Of a DNA stretch of 47,128 bases, positions 17,844-27,595 are shown piece by piece. Within the stretch, counting starts at the first letter, position 1. Each line of letters opens with the position of its first letter. Where the stretch lies: NCBI GenBank assembly GCA_043800705.1, contig JAZDMS010000013.1, positions 1-47,128 of the forward strand, written 5' to 3'. The stretch comes from Candidatus Altiarchaeota archaeon (lineage in GTDB: Archaea > Altiarchaeota > Altiarchaeia > IMC4 > SCGC-AAA252-I15). The notes under the pieces were generated by a model, which worked only from the letters and a program-made list of their open reading frames with translations, was not told the DNA's origin and did not search any database. The position numbers were made by a program, and so were the translations under genes.

Positions 17844-18344
17844 TCAAGTCTGCTCGAGGAGGCTTCCAAGACGCGATACCTCGCTGACTATCTCGTCGAT
17901 GACCTCGCTGTTGTCGCATTGGACGAATTCCTTTCCGCAGCTGTGGCAGGCGAAGTTCAACTCCATCGCGACCTCGTACGGGGCGCGCATGCATCCGCAC
18001 TGGAAAGTGACGTTTTTTGTCTCGTCATCCAAACGCGTATTTAGGTCCAATAAATGGGTTTTAAGATACTTTTGGACGTGCTCCTTTATCTTGTCCTCGC
18101 GCCTGACCCAGAGGTACGTGTACCATCCGGTCTTCTTGTTCTTCGTCCGCTGATACTCGACGAGGCTGTTCTCGTGCAGGTCGTTCAGGAGGGTGCGTAT
18201 GACCGTCGCCTTGATCTTCAGCTCGCCCGCGACATCCTCGTCGTACTTCGGATCAGCCAGACGATCCAGAACGTTAACATGACCTTCACTCAGACTTTCA
18301 ACAAGAACATCCCTGACTACTCCCGATTTCATAACAGAAGCCAT
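17844..18344 (-). CDS. tfe: Transcription factor E, alpha subunit
   Basis: DEDVAGEL..IRTLLNDL, KTGWYTYLW and a Zn ribbon (CGC...CHSCG). Confidence 0.9.
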   Translation of the reverse strand: MASVMKSGVVRDVLVESLSEGHVNVLDRLADPKYDEDVAGELKIKATVIRTLLNDLHENSLVEYQRTKNKKTGWYTYLWVRREDKIKEHVQKYLKTHLLDLNTRLDDETKNVTFQCGCMRAPYEVAMELNFACHSCGKEFVQCDNSEVIDEIVSEVSRLGSLLEQT

Positions 18345-18404
18345 CTATACTATCACGGGCTTCTGACTTAAAAACCTCAACGGTTTCGTGAGTGTTTTTA
18401 AACG

Positions 18405-21400
18405 TCAACTGCAGGCGATGTCGATGTTGTCAACGAAAGTGACGCACGCCTTGTCGATCCCGCACACGAAACTGCCGCCGATGTTGCTTGCCGTAGTGAG
18501 CTTGAACGTGTTCACCGCATTCTTCGTTATCGCCCCCGACGCTATCGCGGCGTCGCCCTGGATGCTGCAACCGTACCACTGCGAGTTGTAGAGGTTCATT
18601 CCCAGGTTCGGCCTGCAGTCGCTGCCGGCTCCCGGCATCGTCCCGACCGTGCACGAGCCGATGAGTTGGCCGCCATTGTTTTGGAGTGTCAGTGTCATGC
18701 TGCAGTCGCTCTCCGGCATCGCCTGGATGTCGAAGTCGATGGAATCCCCGCCGTCGACGCTCGCGTTGAAATAGAGATGGTCCCCGTGCTTGACGTAGAG
18801 GTAGCCGCCGTAGTCAGGGGTTCCGATGGACATGTCGTCCTCGTCCGAGTGCAGATACCGCCACCTGCACGTGGTGACGTCGTTCGGCGGGGCATAGCAC
18901 GTCCCCCAGCCCCCGAGATACGTCTGCCCGGCGAAATGGTCCCTGGAATTCAGCCTGATGCCCGGACTGCCGGACTCGTCCTCGTCGCAGTTGACGGATT
19001 GCGCGCAGACCCCGGGCGCGAACTTGATCCCCGTAGGCGCGGGGCTGCACGAACCGATCGGCGCAGCCACGCACGAGCCCGCTCCGTCGCAGTATTCGCC
19101 GGCTCCGCACATATTGGGCGATACTGTGTCGTTGATCTTGTCGAGGTATGTGTTTGTCCCGACGGTCTTGCATGAGCCGGAATAGCCTGTGACGTTGCAT
19201 GACATGCACTCGCCGCAATCGATCCGGCTAGGAGGCATGCTGCAGTTGCCGCCCGTGCATTGGCAGATGCCGCCCGAGCATGAGGCGTCGTACAATGTGT
19301 CTGAGCCGGGGGCGCCCCTGACCAGGCTTCCGCAGAAGTCGCAGGCGAGGCCGTCCGTGTCGCATACGCTCAGGCAGGTCGCTGGAGAGCCTGCCACGCA
19401 TCCCTTAACCCCCATGCAAGGGGCGTCTCTGCCGAGGCCGCTGCCGCAGGTTGAGCAGTTTGTCGCAGCCCATGCGCCGTTGGTGCAGTTCCAAAGCGAA
19501 GCCGCGCCTGCGCATACCGAGGCTATGGCTCCCGGGTTGACCATGCATCCTGGGCCGCATGAGCCCGGGGCTGTGGCGTTGTGTGCGCACATTGCCGCTG
19601 GGGCGCACCAGCTTCCGGAGCCGTCGTAGTCAATCGCGCAATGCCCGGAGGAGCATTCGCTGTCGTCCGTGCATGTGATGCCGTCCGGGCCTGTCAGGTA
19701 GCAGGCCGATCCGCCGGAGCCTCCGCCGTAGAGCTGGTCTATTTCGCCCTGGGTGAGAGCCCTTTCCCATATCGCCACCTCATCAAGCCTTCCGTTGAAG
19801 TAGCCGCTTAAGTCGCCTATATTGAAGTTTCCACCCGTCCCGGTCGAGGATGAGGTTGAAACTCTGGTGGCGCGCTTTACTCCGTCGACGTACAGGGTCA
19901 TGTTGATGCCGTCGAATGTTTCAACTATGTAATGCCACCCGCCGACGCCGACAGGATAATTGATGTTGTTGGCTGCGCCGCCAATATAGCACCAGACCTG
20001 CCCGTCCGTGCTGTATGTGCATCCGTATCTGCGAGTTGACTTGGAGAACATTCCCTCCCCGCTGGAGGGGGTGGCGTCTGCGTACATCCATCCGGCCACT
20101 GTAGTCTGGCCCATGTTCTTATTCAGCCCCCCTGCGTTTCCGCAGCTCAAATAGTCCCCCCAGCCGTCAAGGTTGACTGCTCTGCCGATTTTTCCGGTGC
20201 TCCAGGAAGCGTCGTCATTGAAGTTGCAGTCAGACCCTCCTGCATAGTTGTGGGCCTTAGAACCGGATTCGTCCATCCTCCAATACCCTATCATGCCGGA
20301 GGACCTGCACAGTTCGAACTCGCATGCAGAGCTGCAGCCGTCGTCCGACAGCGAGTTGCCGTCGTCGCACTCTTCTCCTGGGTCGACGGCGCCGTTGCCG
20401 CAGTCCTGCATCGAGGATCCTGACGATGAAGAGCTCGAGCTTGAAGACGTCGAGATGATTATCGGGTCCGGGTCGTTGGGGCAGCCGGCGGAACTGCCTG
20501 GGAGCGCCTTGACGTAGATGTAATAGTCGCCTGGGCAGAGGTAGTCTGCGCCGGTCGGGCTCCAGCAGTCTATCATGACCTGGTATTTCTCGGCCGATGT
20601 CGGGTTGCCGAGGTTGAACATCGTGACGGTCCGGTATTTTCCGTACCCGTCGTAGAATGTCGTGTAGTCCCACGGCCAGAGGTCCGGACGCTCCGGGGGC
20701 CGCTGGCACTGGCAGCCGCAGGTCTTTGAGACTATGTCACATTGGGGGGTGCATTGGTCCTGCTTGTTTATGAATATGTCGTATATGTTGGTCCCGAGCG
20801 GCCCGTCATCGCCGGTGTAGATTTTCACGTCCAGGTTGCATGTTTTCCCGGCAGGGACGACGAACGAGTGGTAGTTGTATTCGTCCATTTCCGTGTGGTA
20901 CGATGCGCCGGTCGGGCAGGCGGGGTCTGCGGGGCAGACGTGGCATCCGCCGAGGCTCGACTCCGAGCTCGACGATGATGTCGAGCTTGACGACGAGTCT
21001 TCGGTCGATGAATCCGAGGAGGACGTCGTCTCAGACGACGGTTCGACGCCTTCCCAGGATATGTTGATGAGGCCTAAGACGAGCGAGGCGTCCGCTGGCA
21101 CGACCAAGTAAAGCGGCTTGCCGCCCATGGGCTCCTGCACCATTTGTGCCTGCAACCCGTCGCAGCAAACGCTGGAGTTCATTAGCGTGTCTGCGCCCCA
21201 TGATTTGTTTTCGACGAGCCACGCCCTCGCGCTCCAGCCCGCCCTCGACTGGTTTTGGCTGTATCCCGATATCAGCCGCATCGACCGGGTCGTCTCGGAC
21301 GCCTCCATCTCCGGGATCCTGCCGGTTTGCGTATAGTTGTCCGAGGAGTAGAGGATGGTGATGTTGTCCTGGTCTATTATCTCTATCCGGTAACCCATCG

Positions 21401-21740
21401 TCCGCGGCACCAGGAGGTCGAGGTTTTTCTTCGCCAGTGTCTCTGCGTATGTGGTGTTGCCTATGGCCCAGAAGTACCCTATCTCCTCCAGGACGCCCCT
21501 CTTGTCCAGGGTGTCTATGCCGTTCTCCGAGACCGAGTGGAGTTCTTCGAACGTCGATCTGCCACGGTTAGTGTCGCCGAGGAACTGCATCCCCATGAAG
21601 CCGAGCATGAATATTATGGTGAAGGTGAGGGCCCAGACGGAATCAGAGCTTATTATGAAACCGTGCCTTCGAAGCTGCCACCAGTCTCCCTTTTTCCCGG
21701 ACATCGTTTGAAGTCGCCCAAGCCTCTGCATCATGGTCAT
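18405..21740 (-). CDS. Giant pilin-like adhesin (about 1111 aa): class III-like signal, Ser linkers, Myxococcus-type Cys-rich repeat, LamG-like domain, Cys-rich repeats
   Basis: ATGA overlap with the upstream stop at 21737-21740; RRHG|FIISSD plus hydrophobic helix; CGNGAVDPGEECDDGN; GYWRMDE...FNGRLDEVAIWERAL. Confidence 0.8.
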   Translation of the reverse strand: MTMMQRLGRLQTMSGKKGDWWQLRRHGFIISSDSVWALTFTIIFMLGFMGMQFLGDTNRGRSTFEELHSVSENGIDTLDKRGVLEEIGYFWAIGNTTYAETLAKKNLDLLVPRTMGYRIEIIDQDNITILYSSDNYTQTGRIPEMEASETTRSMRLISGYSQNQSRAGWSARAWLVENKSWGADTLMNSSVCCDGLQAQMVQEPMGGKPLYLVVPADASLVLGLINISWEGVEPSSETTSSSDSSTEDSSSSSTSSSSSESSLGGCHVCPADPACPTGASYHTEMDEYNYHSFVVPAGKTCNLDVKIYTGDDGPLGTNIYDIFINKQDQCTPQCDIVSKTCGCQCQRPPERPDLWPWDYTTFYDGYGKYRTVTMFNLGNPTSAEKYQVMIDCWSPTGADYLCPGDYYIYVKALPGSSAGCPNDPDPIIISTSSSSSSSSSGSSMQDCGNGAVDPGEECDDGNSLSDDGCSSACEFELCRSSGMIGYWRMDESGSKAHNYAGGSDCNFNDDASWSTGKIGRAVNLDGWGDYLSCGNAGGLNKNMGQTTVAGWMYADATPSSGEGMFSKSTRRYGCTYSTDGQVWCYIGGAANNINYPVGVGGWHYIVETFDGINMTLYVDGVKRATRVSTSSSTGTGGNFNIGDLSGYFNGRLDEVAIWERALTQGEIDQLYGGGSGGSACYLTGPDGITCTDDSECSSGHCAIDYDGSGSWCAPAAMCAHNATAPGSCGPGCMVNPGAIASVCAGAASLWNCTNGAWAATNCSTCGSGLGRDAPCMGVKGCVAGSPATCLSVCDTDGLACDFCGSLVRGAPGSDTLYDASCSGGICQCTGGNCSMPPSRIDCGECMSCNVTGYSGSCKTVGTNTYLDKINDTVSPNMCGAGEYCDGAGSCVAAPIGSCSPAPTGIKFAPGVCAQSVNCDEDESGSPGIRLNSRDHFAGQTYLGGWGTCYAPPNDVTTCRWRYLHSDEDDMSIGTPDYGGYLYVKHGDHLYFNASVDGGDSIDFDIQAMPESDCSMTLTLQNNGGQLIGSCTVGTMPGAGSDCRPNLGMNLYNSQWYGCSIQGDAAIASGAITKNAVNTFKLTTASNIGGSFVCGIDKACVTFVDNIDIACS

Positions 21741-23464
21741 ATTGGTTGAGGATAGACTAAATAGACCCAGATGTGTCCGACCTGGATGTGATCGGAAGCA
21801 AGCAGGCTCCACTTGCCGTCCCCGGCGGGGGAGTACTTCTGCGCAAGGGCGAAGAAACAGTATCTGCCGACGTTCTCCTCCGACGTTATAAGCCCGGGGG
21901 GGTAGTTTTTGCACTCTTCGGCGTCCGGAGGCATGCACGTGTATTCGCTTATCCAGTCTATGCCGTGGTCGTCGAGCCATTGGTCGTTGTAGGGGTCGGT
22001 TATCTCGCCCAACCAGTTTCGCTCGAGCGCGAGGTCCGTGCAGTTGGTGATGAACGCCGAGACTAGCGTTCCGTTGCTGATGAGGAGGCGGCTGACTCCG
22101 GCGTTTGAGTTGCCGGCCACGTCCACTTCGATGGGTTCGTTCGGGCCGACGATCTTCCCGTTCGTTCCGTTGTGGACGAATATCGTGACGCCGATCTCCG
22201 CCTTGACGCAGTAGCCGTCGAAGCAGGTGTCGCATCCTAGGGCGCATTGCTGGCTGGGGTTCAGCGGGCCGCACGGCTTGCAGCAGTCGCCCTGCTGGCA
22301 TGTGAAGCTTGTGACGTTGCACCATGCGCACCCGACCTCGCATTCGGGGATAGGCGCCCCGGGCCCGCATCTGCGGTCGCAGTCCCCGGTCGCGCATCTG
22401 CCGGATCCGGGAACCGCCGGGTTTTCTTCGCAGTGGACGCATTTATCCTGGCATTCGGAGCAGTCGTCGTAGACGAGGTTGGAGCAGGGTTGGCCGCAGT
22501 CTTCGGGAGGAATGCAGAGGTAGCTATCCTCTCCCTGTCCCGGGCTCGGGCCGGTCTGCTTCCATTCATGGTAGCATAATGGGCACATGGTCTCGTTGCA
22601 CCAGCTGGAGTTGAGACTTCCCGCATCGAATGGGGGGCAGGGGCCGCATGTCTGGTAGGGAGGCTGTTCCTGGCATACCCCGCCCAGGCATTCGGTGCAG
22701 AGGTTCAGGAATTCGTTCAGTCCGCAGTCGTTTTTGCTGCTGCACGAACTCCCGCAGTAGCCGTTGTACCAACACCTTCTGATTCCGTCAGGGAACCAGG
22801 CGGGGCTCTGGGGACAGTATGTGCAGAGGCCTTCGACGCCCTGGTATGTTATCTTTTGGCAGTTGAGGGGGTCCATCTCGCCGGTCTTGTTGCACGGGGT
22901 GTTGAAGCACTGCGGAATCGTCGTCACGGTCGTGTCCGTCGTCGTCGGAGGGGTCCACCCTGGCGGGACGTTCTCCACGAGGCCGTATATTTTTCCGACG
23001 CTGTTGTGGGCTGTCTTCGTCGCCTTGTTGGTGTAGTTGATGACTGCGTCCATCTCGAATTCCTCGCCCACGTCGTATTCGTCCCCCAGCCTCGGGCAGT
23101 CGACCTCGAAGATGTAGCGCTGGCCCGGCAGGAGCGTGATGTTGTCGGTGCCGGGGGGCAGTACCGGCCCCAGGTCGCAATACAGGCGGCCGGGGAACGT
23201 GTAGTTGACGCCGTTTTCGAATACTGCGAGAGGGGAGCCGCTTTCCGACCTGAAGTTGACATATACCTTCCCGGTGGTCGAGATCGCCCAATCCGTCGGG
23301 ATCAGCTGGCTGAAGCCCACATAACCCCTCTTCTGCAGGTGCGGCCGGAGTATGTTCATGACGGCTATGAGGCTGACGACCATCACGACCAGCACTACGG
23401 CAATGAGGATCTGGTTTTCTATCGAGACCTGGCCTCGTCTTATGAGGCGCTTTTTAGGGGTCAT
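21737..23464 (-). CDS. Class III signal-peptide pilin-like protein with long Cys-rich region
   Basis: RRG|QVSIE plus hydrophobic helix; many CxxC repeats. Confidence 0.85.
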   Translation of the reverse strand: MTPKKRLIRRGQVSIENQILIAVVLVVMVVSLIAVMNILRPHLQKRGYVGFSQLIPTDWAISTTGKVYVNFRSESGSPLAVFENGVNYTFPGRLYCDLGPVLPPGTDNITLLPGQRYIFEVDCPRLGDEYDVGEEFEMDAVINYTNKATKTAHNSVGKIYGLVENVPPGWTPPTTTDTTVTTIPQCFNTPCNKTGEMDPLNCQKITYQGVEGLCTYCPQSPAWFPDGIRRCWYNGYCGSSCSSKNDCGLNEFLNLCTECLGGVCQEQPPYQTCGPCPPFDAGSLNSSWCNETMCPLCYHEWKQTGPSPGQGEDSYLCIPPEDCGQPCSNLVYDDCSECQDKCVHCEENPAVPGSGRCATGDCDRRCGPGAPIPECEVGCAWCNVTSFTCQQGDCCKPCGPLNPSQQCALGCDTCFDGYCVKAEIGVTIFVHNGTNGKIVGPNEPIEVDVAGNSNAGVSRLLISNGTLVSAFITNCTDLALERNWLGEITDPYNDQWLDDHGIDWISEYTCMPPDAEECKNYPPGLITSEENVGRYCFFALAQKYSPAGDGKWSLLASDHIQVGHIWVYLVYPQPI

Positions 23465-23518
23465 GCTAGCGGCATCGAATATTTATTAATGGGGGGCCCT
23501 AATTAAAAACAAGTGATC

Positions 23519-24331
23519 ATGTTGGATAGAAAAATCGGCTTATTGTCGTTATTGTTCGCAATTTCCCTCGTGCCCCAGGTCTCCGCCGCCAGGATACAGA
23601 TGGGCGTAAGCCTGGTCCCAGAGGATAACATATCCTCCGAATCGTTCACCATGGACCTGACGATACTGAACTCCGGGGATGAGGCTGCGCGAGAGGTCAC
23701 TGTCTCCCTCCTTCTGCCTGGCGGATTTTCCGCAGATGACATCTACGCAGGGACGATGGAACCCGGCAGGCCGTTTCACGGAACGTTCGAGGTCCGGGTC
23801 CCGGGTTCCGTGAATCCCGGACTGTATCCGGTCGTCTTGAAGACGCATTACACCGATGCGAACGCATATCCCTTTTCGACTGTCTCCCCCAGCTTCATTA
23901 AATACAGGTCGTCTGCTCCGGTCATGACGAGGGGGCGGATCGGCAACCTTACGCTCGCGGGGCAGGGCGAGAAAAACCTCCTTGTGGAGTTCGACAACCT
24001 CGACGAGAAGCCACACAGCGTGCTGATCACCGTAAGAATCCCCGACGAGATAAAGGCACGGGAATACTCTAAACATGTGTCGATAGGCGCGAAGGAGACT
24101 GGAGAGGCCTCGTTTCCCTTGAAATCGTTCGGTGCGCTGCCGGGTTCGATATACTACGTTTTTGCCCAGGCGGAATATGACGACGGAGGACTGCATTACA
24201 GCTCGATCGCGCAAGGGAGAGTGGATATAGTCAGCGAAGAGGAAAGGGGGTTGGAGGCCCCCCCATGGCTGTTTGCGGCGGTATTGGCGCTTCTTATCAT
24301 CGCAGCCGCGTATATGCAGGTAAGGAAATGA
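23519..24331 (+). CDS. Surface protein with Ig-like (CARDB/COG1361-like) domains and C-terminal TM anchor
   Basis: Signal peptide, NSGDEAAREV, PGLYPVVL, C-terminal TM plus basic tail. Confidence 0.75.
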   Translation: MLDRKIGLLSLLFAISLVPQVSAARIQMGVSLVPEDNISSESFTMDLTILNSGDEAAREVTVSLLLPGGFSADDIYAGTMEPGRPFHGTFEVRVPGSVNPGLYPVVLKTHYTDANAYPFSTVSPSFIKYRSSAPVMTRGRIGNLTLAGQGEKNLLVEFDNLDEKPHSVLITVRIPDEIKAREYSKHVSIGAKETGEASFPLKSFGALPGSIYYVFAQAEYDDGGLHYSSIAQGRVDIVSEEERGLEAPPWLFAAVLALLIIAAAYMQVRK

Positions 24332-26664
24332 ACATGTTGAGGCTCGCCCTGTGGCTGAGGAACCCTGCGTTCAGGCTGGGGGGGCGCGTCGTGGCATTCG
24401 CTGCCGAAGAGTTCGGGCAGATTATGATCAATGTGATAGTCCTTCTTTCCATCTATGCGTTCCTTATCAGCATTTTCAAGCCCGACCTCATGCTCAGCGA
24501 GACGATCACCACCGGAGGCGACACCGCATCCCACTATTATCCCGCCAAATTCCTCAGGGACGAGCTTCTGCCGAGGGGGCACATAATCGGCTGGCTCCCC
24601 GGATGGTACGCTGGGATGCCGCTGTTCCAGTACTACTTCCCGCTCCCGTTCCTCATGATCGCGGTCATGGGATACGTGATACCGCTTCAGATATCGTTCA
24701 AGCTCGTGAGCGTCGCAGGCACGTTCCTCCTGCCGGTCGCATGCTTCGCGTGCATGAAACTGATGAGGTTCAAGTTCCCGGTGCCCATATACGCTGCCCT
24801 ATTCTCCCTCCCGTTCCTGTTCATGGAATCCCACAGCATGTGGGGGGGCAACATACCGAGCACCCTGGCGGGCGAATTCTCCTACAGCCTCAGCCTCTCC
24901 CTGACGATCCTCTTCTTCGGAACACTCTACCGCGGCCTGGAAGACCGCAGATACATCCTCCACAACGCACTCCTCCTGGCTGCCGTCGCGCTCACCCACG
25001 TATATACGGTGCTCTGGGTCGTCTGCTCCTCCGCATACATGCTCGTCACAAACAGCCTAGCCGGCACCAAGGAGAGGATCACGTACATGGCCAAGTCCTA
25101 TCCGCTCGCCTTCCTGCTCACAGGCTTCTGGATCATTCCGCTCCTGGTCAGGCTGAAATACACGACATCTTACGACATAGCATGGGTCATCACCGAGGAC
25201 ACGATGCCCCCGATACTCTGGCCGTTCCTCATATTCTCCTTCGTCGGAGCCTACCGCTGCATCGCAAAGAGGGAGCATAGGATGGGCTTCTTCTGCTTCT
25301 CCATAGTCACGTCGCTCGTCTTCTTCAGGCAGGCGAGCATGCTGGGCGTCGTCGACATAAGGTTCCTCCCTTTCGTGTATCTCGCACTCCTGATACTCGC
25401 CGCCTACGGCCTCAGCCAGGCGACGGGCGGCTTCAAGGCGAAGCTTCTTCTTCCGCTCATCGTCCTCATCCTCACCGTCTTCTGGGTCACCGCGAACAAG
25501 GCGGTCGTGACAGCCGTGGATGACAATGCAGGCTCACAGGGCATCGGCGGAGCAGCCTACATCCATTTCTCGAACGATCCGAAGAAGGATTCGAACCTCG
25601 CCAAGCCCGGCGTGCACATAAACCTGTACGAGATCCCGAGGGAGCTTCGCACATGGAAATACTCCGGCTTCACGCCGTATTGGATACAGTGGAACTACGA
25701 AGGCTTCGAGAAGAAGCCCCTCTGGACGCAGTTCAAGTCCACGAACGAGTTCATGTCCGGCGGATACAACGACTCCAGGGCCCAGTTCGAGCACAACGAC
25801 CAGCACAACAGCGCCGGGACCGTGCGGGCCTACGAGAGCATACCCCTGTTTTCCGGCAGGAGCATACTCGAGGGGGTTTACATGCAGTCCATCGAGTCCT
25901 CCCCCTTCGTCTTCTACATGCAGTCGGAGTTCTCGGAGCAGCAGAGCTGCCCGTTCTGGGCGGGCTACCCGTGCACGAGCTTCAACCTGGAGCACGGGAC
26001 GAGGCACCTGAAGATGTTCAACGTCAGGTACCTCGTCGTCAGAAGCCAGAAGCTCAAGGACGCGATTAGGGAGAATCCTGAGTGGAAGCTTGGCTTCGCG
26101 GACGACCCCTACGAGGTCTGGGAGCTGACGACAAACCCCGAACACTACGTGACCGTCCCGAATTTCGAGCCGGTGCTGTATCGGACATCCGACTGGAAGA
26201 ACATATCCTACCAGTGGTTCAGGAACCTCAGCCTCTACGGCGTCCCGATAGTGTTCAAAGGCGACACGGACTCGCAGGACAGGGAAAGGTTCCCGCAAAT
26301 CGTGGAGAACCCGGCGGTCTCAAGCCTGCAGAGCCTGCCCATGACCCCCCTGAACAGGGAATGCAACATCAGGGAGAACATAGGCGCCGAAGAGATGGAG
26401 TTCGACACCGACTGCGTCGGTGCGCCGCACATAATCAGCATCTCATACTACCCGAGCTGGGTCCCGGAAGGCGCCGACAGGGTCTATCTGGTTTCGCCCT
26501 CGTTCATGCTCCTTTACCCGACGCAGACACATGTGAAACTCACATACAGCAAGCTGCCGGAGGACTGGGTCGGCATACTCCTGACCATGTCTGCGTCGGC
26601 CGTCATAGCCTACGCCTTCCTCGGCAGGGACGAGAGGGCGAGGAGGTTCTTCGGACTCGATTAG
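24328..26664 (+). CDS. PTPS-related (PF10131-like)/YfhO-like polytopic membrane protein, probable GT-C glycosyltransferase
   Basis: TGGDTASH, GWLPGWYAGMPLFQYYFP, GGNIPSTLAGEFSYS, SYYPSW..EGAD..YLVSPSFM; ATGA overlap start. Confidence 0.8.
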   Translation: MNMLRLALWLRNPAFRLGGRVVAFAAEEFGQIMINVIVLLSIYAFLISIFKPDLMLSETITTGGDTASHYYPAKFLRDELLPRGHIIGWLPGWYAGMPLFQYYFPLPFLMIAVMGYVIPLQISFKLVSVAGTFLLPVACFACMKLMRFKFPVPIYAALFSLPFLFMESHSMWGGNIPSTLAGEFSYSLSLSLTILFFGTLYRGLEDRRYILHNALLLAAVALTHVYTVLWVVCSSAYMLVTNSLAGTKERITYMAKSYPLAFLLTGFWIIPLLVRLKYTTSYDIAWVITEDTMPPILWPFLIFSFVGAYRCIAKREHRMGFFCFSIVTSLVFFRQASMLGVVDIRFLPFVYLALLILAAYGLSQATGGFKAKLLLPLIVLILTVFWVTANKAVVTAVDDNAGSQGIGGAAYIHFSNDPKKDSNLAKPGVHINLYEIPRELRTWKYSGFTPYWIQWNYEGFEKKPLWTQFKSTNEFMSGGYNDSRAQFEHNDQHNSAGTVRAYESIPLFSGRSILEGVYMQSIESSPFVFYMQSEFSEQQSCPFWAGYPCTSFNLEHGTRHLKMFNVRYLVVRSQKLKDAIRENPEWKLGFADDPYEVWELTTNPEHYVTVPNFEPVLYRTSDWKNISYQWFRNLSLYGVPIVFKGDTDSQDRERFPQIVENPAVSSLQSLPMTPLNRECNIRENIGAEEMEFDTDCVGAPHIISISYYPSWVPEGADRVYLVSPSFMLLYPTQTHVKLTYSKLPEDWVGILLTMSASAVIAYAFLGRDERARRFFGLD

Positions 26665-27350
26665 CCCGTCTTCACCCGCCACCAGAGGGCGACAAGGTTC
26701 CTGAACCTGTAGAAGATCTCATGGACCAAGTTGAATTTGCTGGGCCTTTTATCGTTGCAGTTAACGGGCGTCTCCGCGACCTTCTTGCCGTCCTTCTTCT
26801 CGACGAAGTAGACAAGCTCTATGACATATGAGGAGCCGTAATCTATGCCATCCACGTACCCGAGGATGTCGCTCCTTCGCCACCCCTTCGTGCCGATGCT
26901 GTAATCGTCGTGCCCAAGGCCCAGAAGCGCCCGCACAAGGGCAATGAAGACCCCGCTGATGAAGAGCCTGTACCATTTGCGGTCCTGCACCCCCTTGTTC
27001 TTGGACCCGATGACTATGTTGAATTCATCTAGGAGCTTCACGCACTGGGGGATGAAGTTCAGATCGCTCGTAAGGTCGACGTCGATGGATACGAGCTTCG
27101 CCGTCTTCGCCTCAGCCACCATCCGCTTGAACGCCCGCCCCACTCCGCGGTCGGGTATGCTGATGAACCTGATCCTCGGCTCCCTGAGCCCGCGGCCTAT
27201 CTCGTCAGTCCGGTCCGTGGACCCGTTGCTGCAGACGATGATCTCATAGTCGGGGCAGGCCATGTCCAGATAGGCCGACAGCTCCCTGAGCTTAGCCTCC
27301 AGGATGTCGGCCTCGTTATAGACCGGTATAAGGACGCTGTAATCGGCCAT
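26661..27350 (-). CDS. GT2 glycosyltransferase (dolichol-phosphate sugar synthase-like)
   Basis: SVLIPVYNE, NGSTDRT, DVDL. Confidence 0.9.
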   Translation of the reverse strand: MADYSVLIPVYNEADILEAKLRELSAYLDMACPDYEIIVCSNGSTDRTDEIGRGLREPRIRFISIPDRGVGRAFKRMVAEAKTAKLVSIDVDLTSDLNFIPQCVKLLDEFNIVIGSKNKGVQDRKWYRLFISGVFIALVRALLGLGHDDYSIGTKGWRRSDILGYVDGIDYGSSYVIELVYFVEKKDGKKVAETPVNCNDKRPSKFNLVHEIFYRFRNLVALWWRVKTG

Positions 27351-27595
27351 AGAAAGGATAGTCCAAGACGTCAATAAATAAGGGATACTGCACACTTAAC
27401 TGCTTATCGCTGAACTCAAACTCATTGAACCTGAGCTGCTCGTGCGGCTGCTGCTGGAGCTGCTCGAACTTCTGCTCGAGCTGCTACTGCTGCTTGATAA
27501 TTGAGTTGGGGTGCTGGACAGGCGTGTGTCGCTGGTTGACGGAGAAGTGATAAATAGGTTGCCCGATGCATTGTTGTTGTCCTCCCGCCATTCAC

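Noticed and set aside
21741-22442. N-terminal 234 aa of the 1345-aa ORF
   Set aside because: Arg/Pro-rich shadow frame overlapping the real 21737-23464 gene; the real start is at the ATGA overlap.
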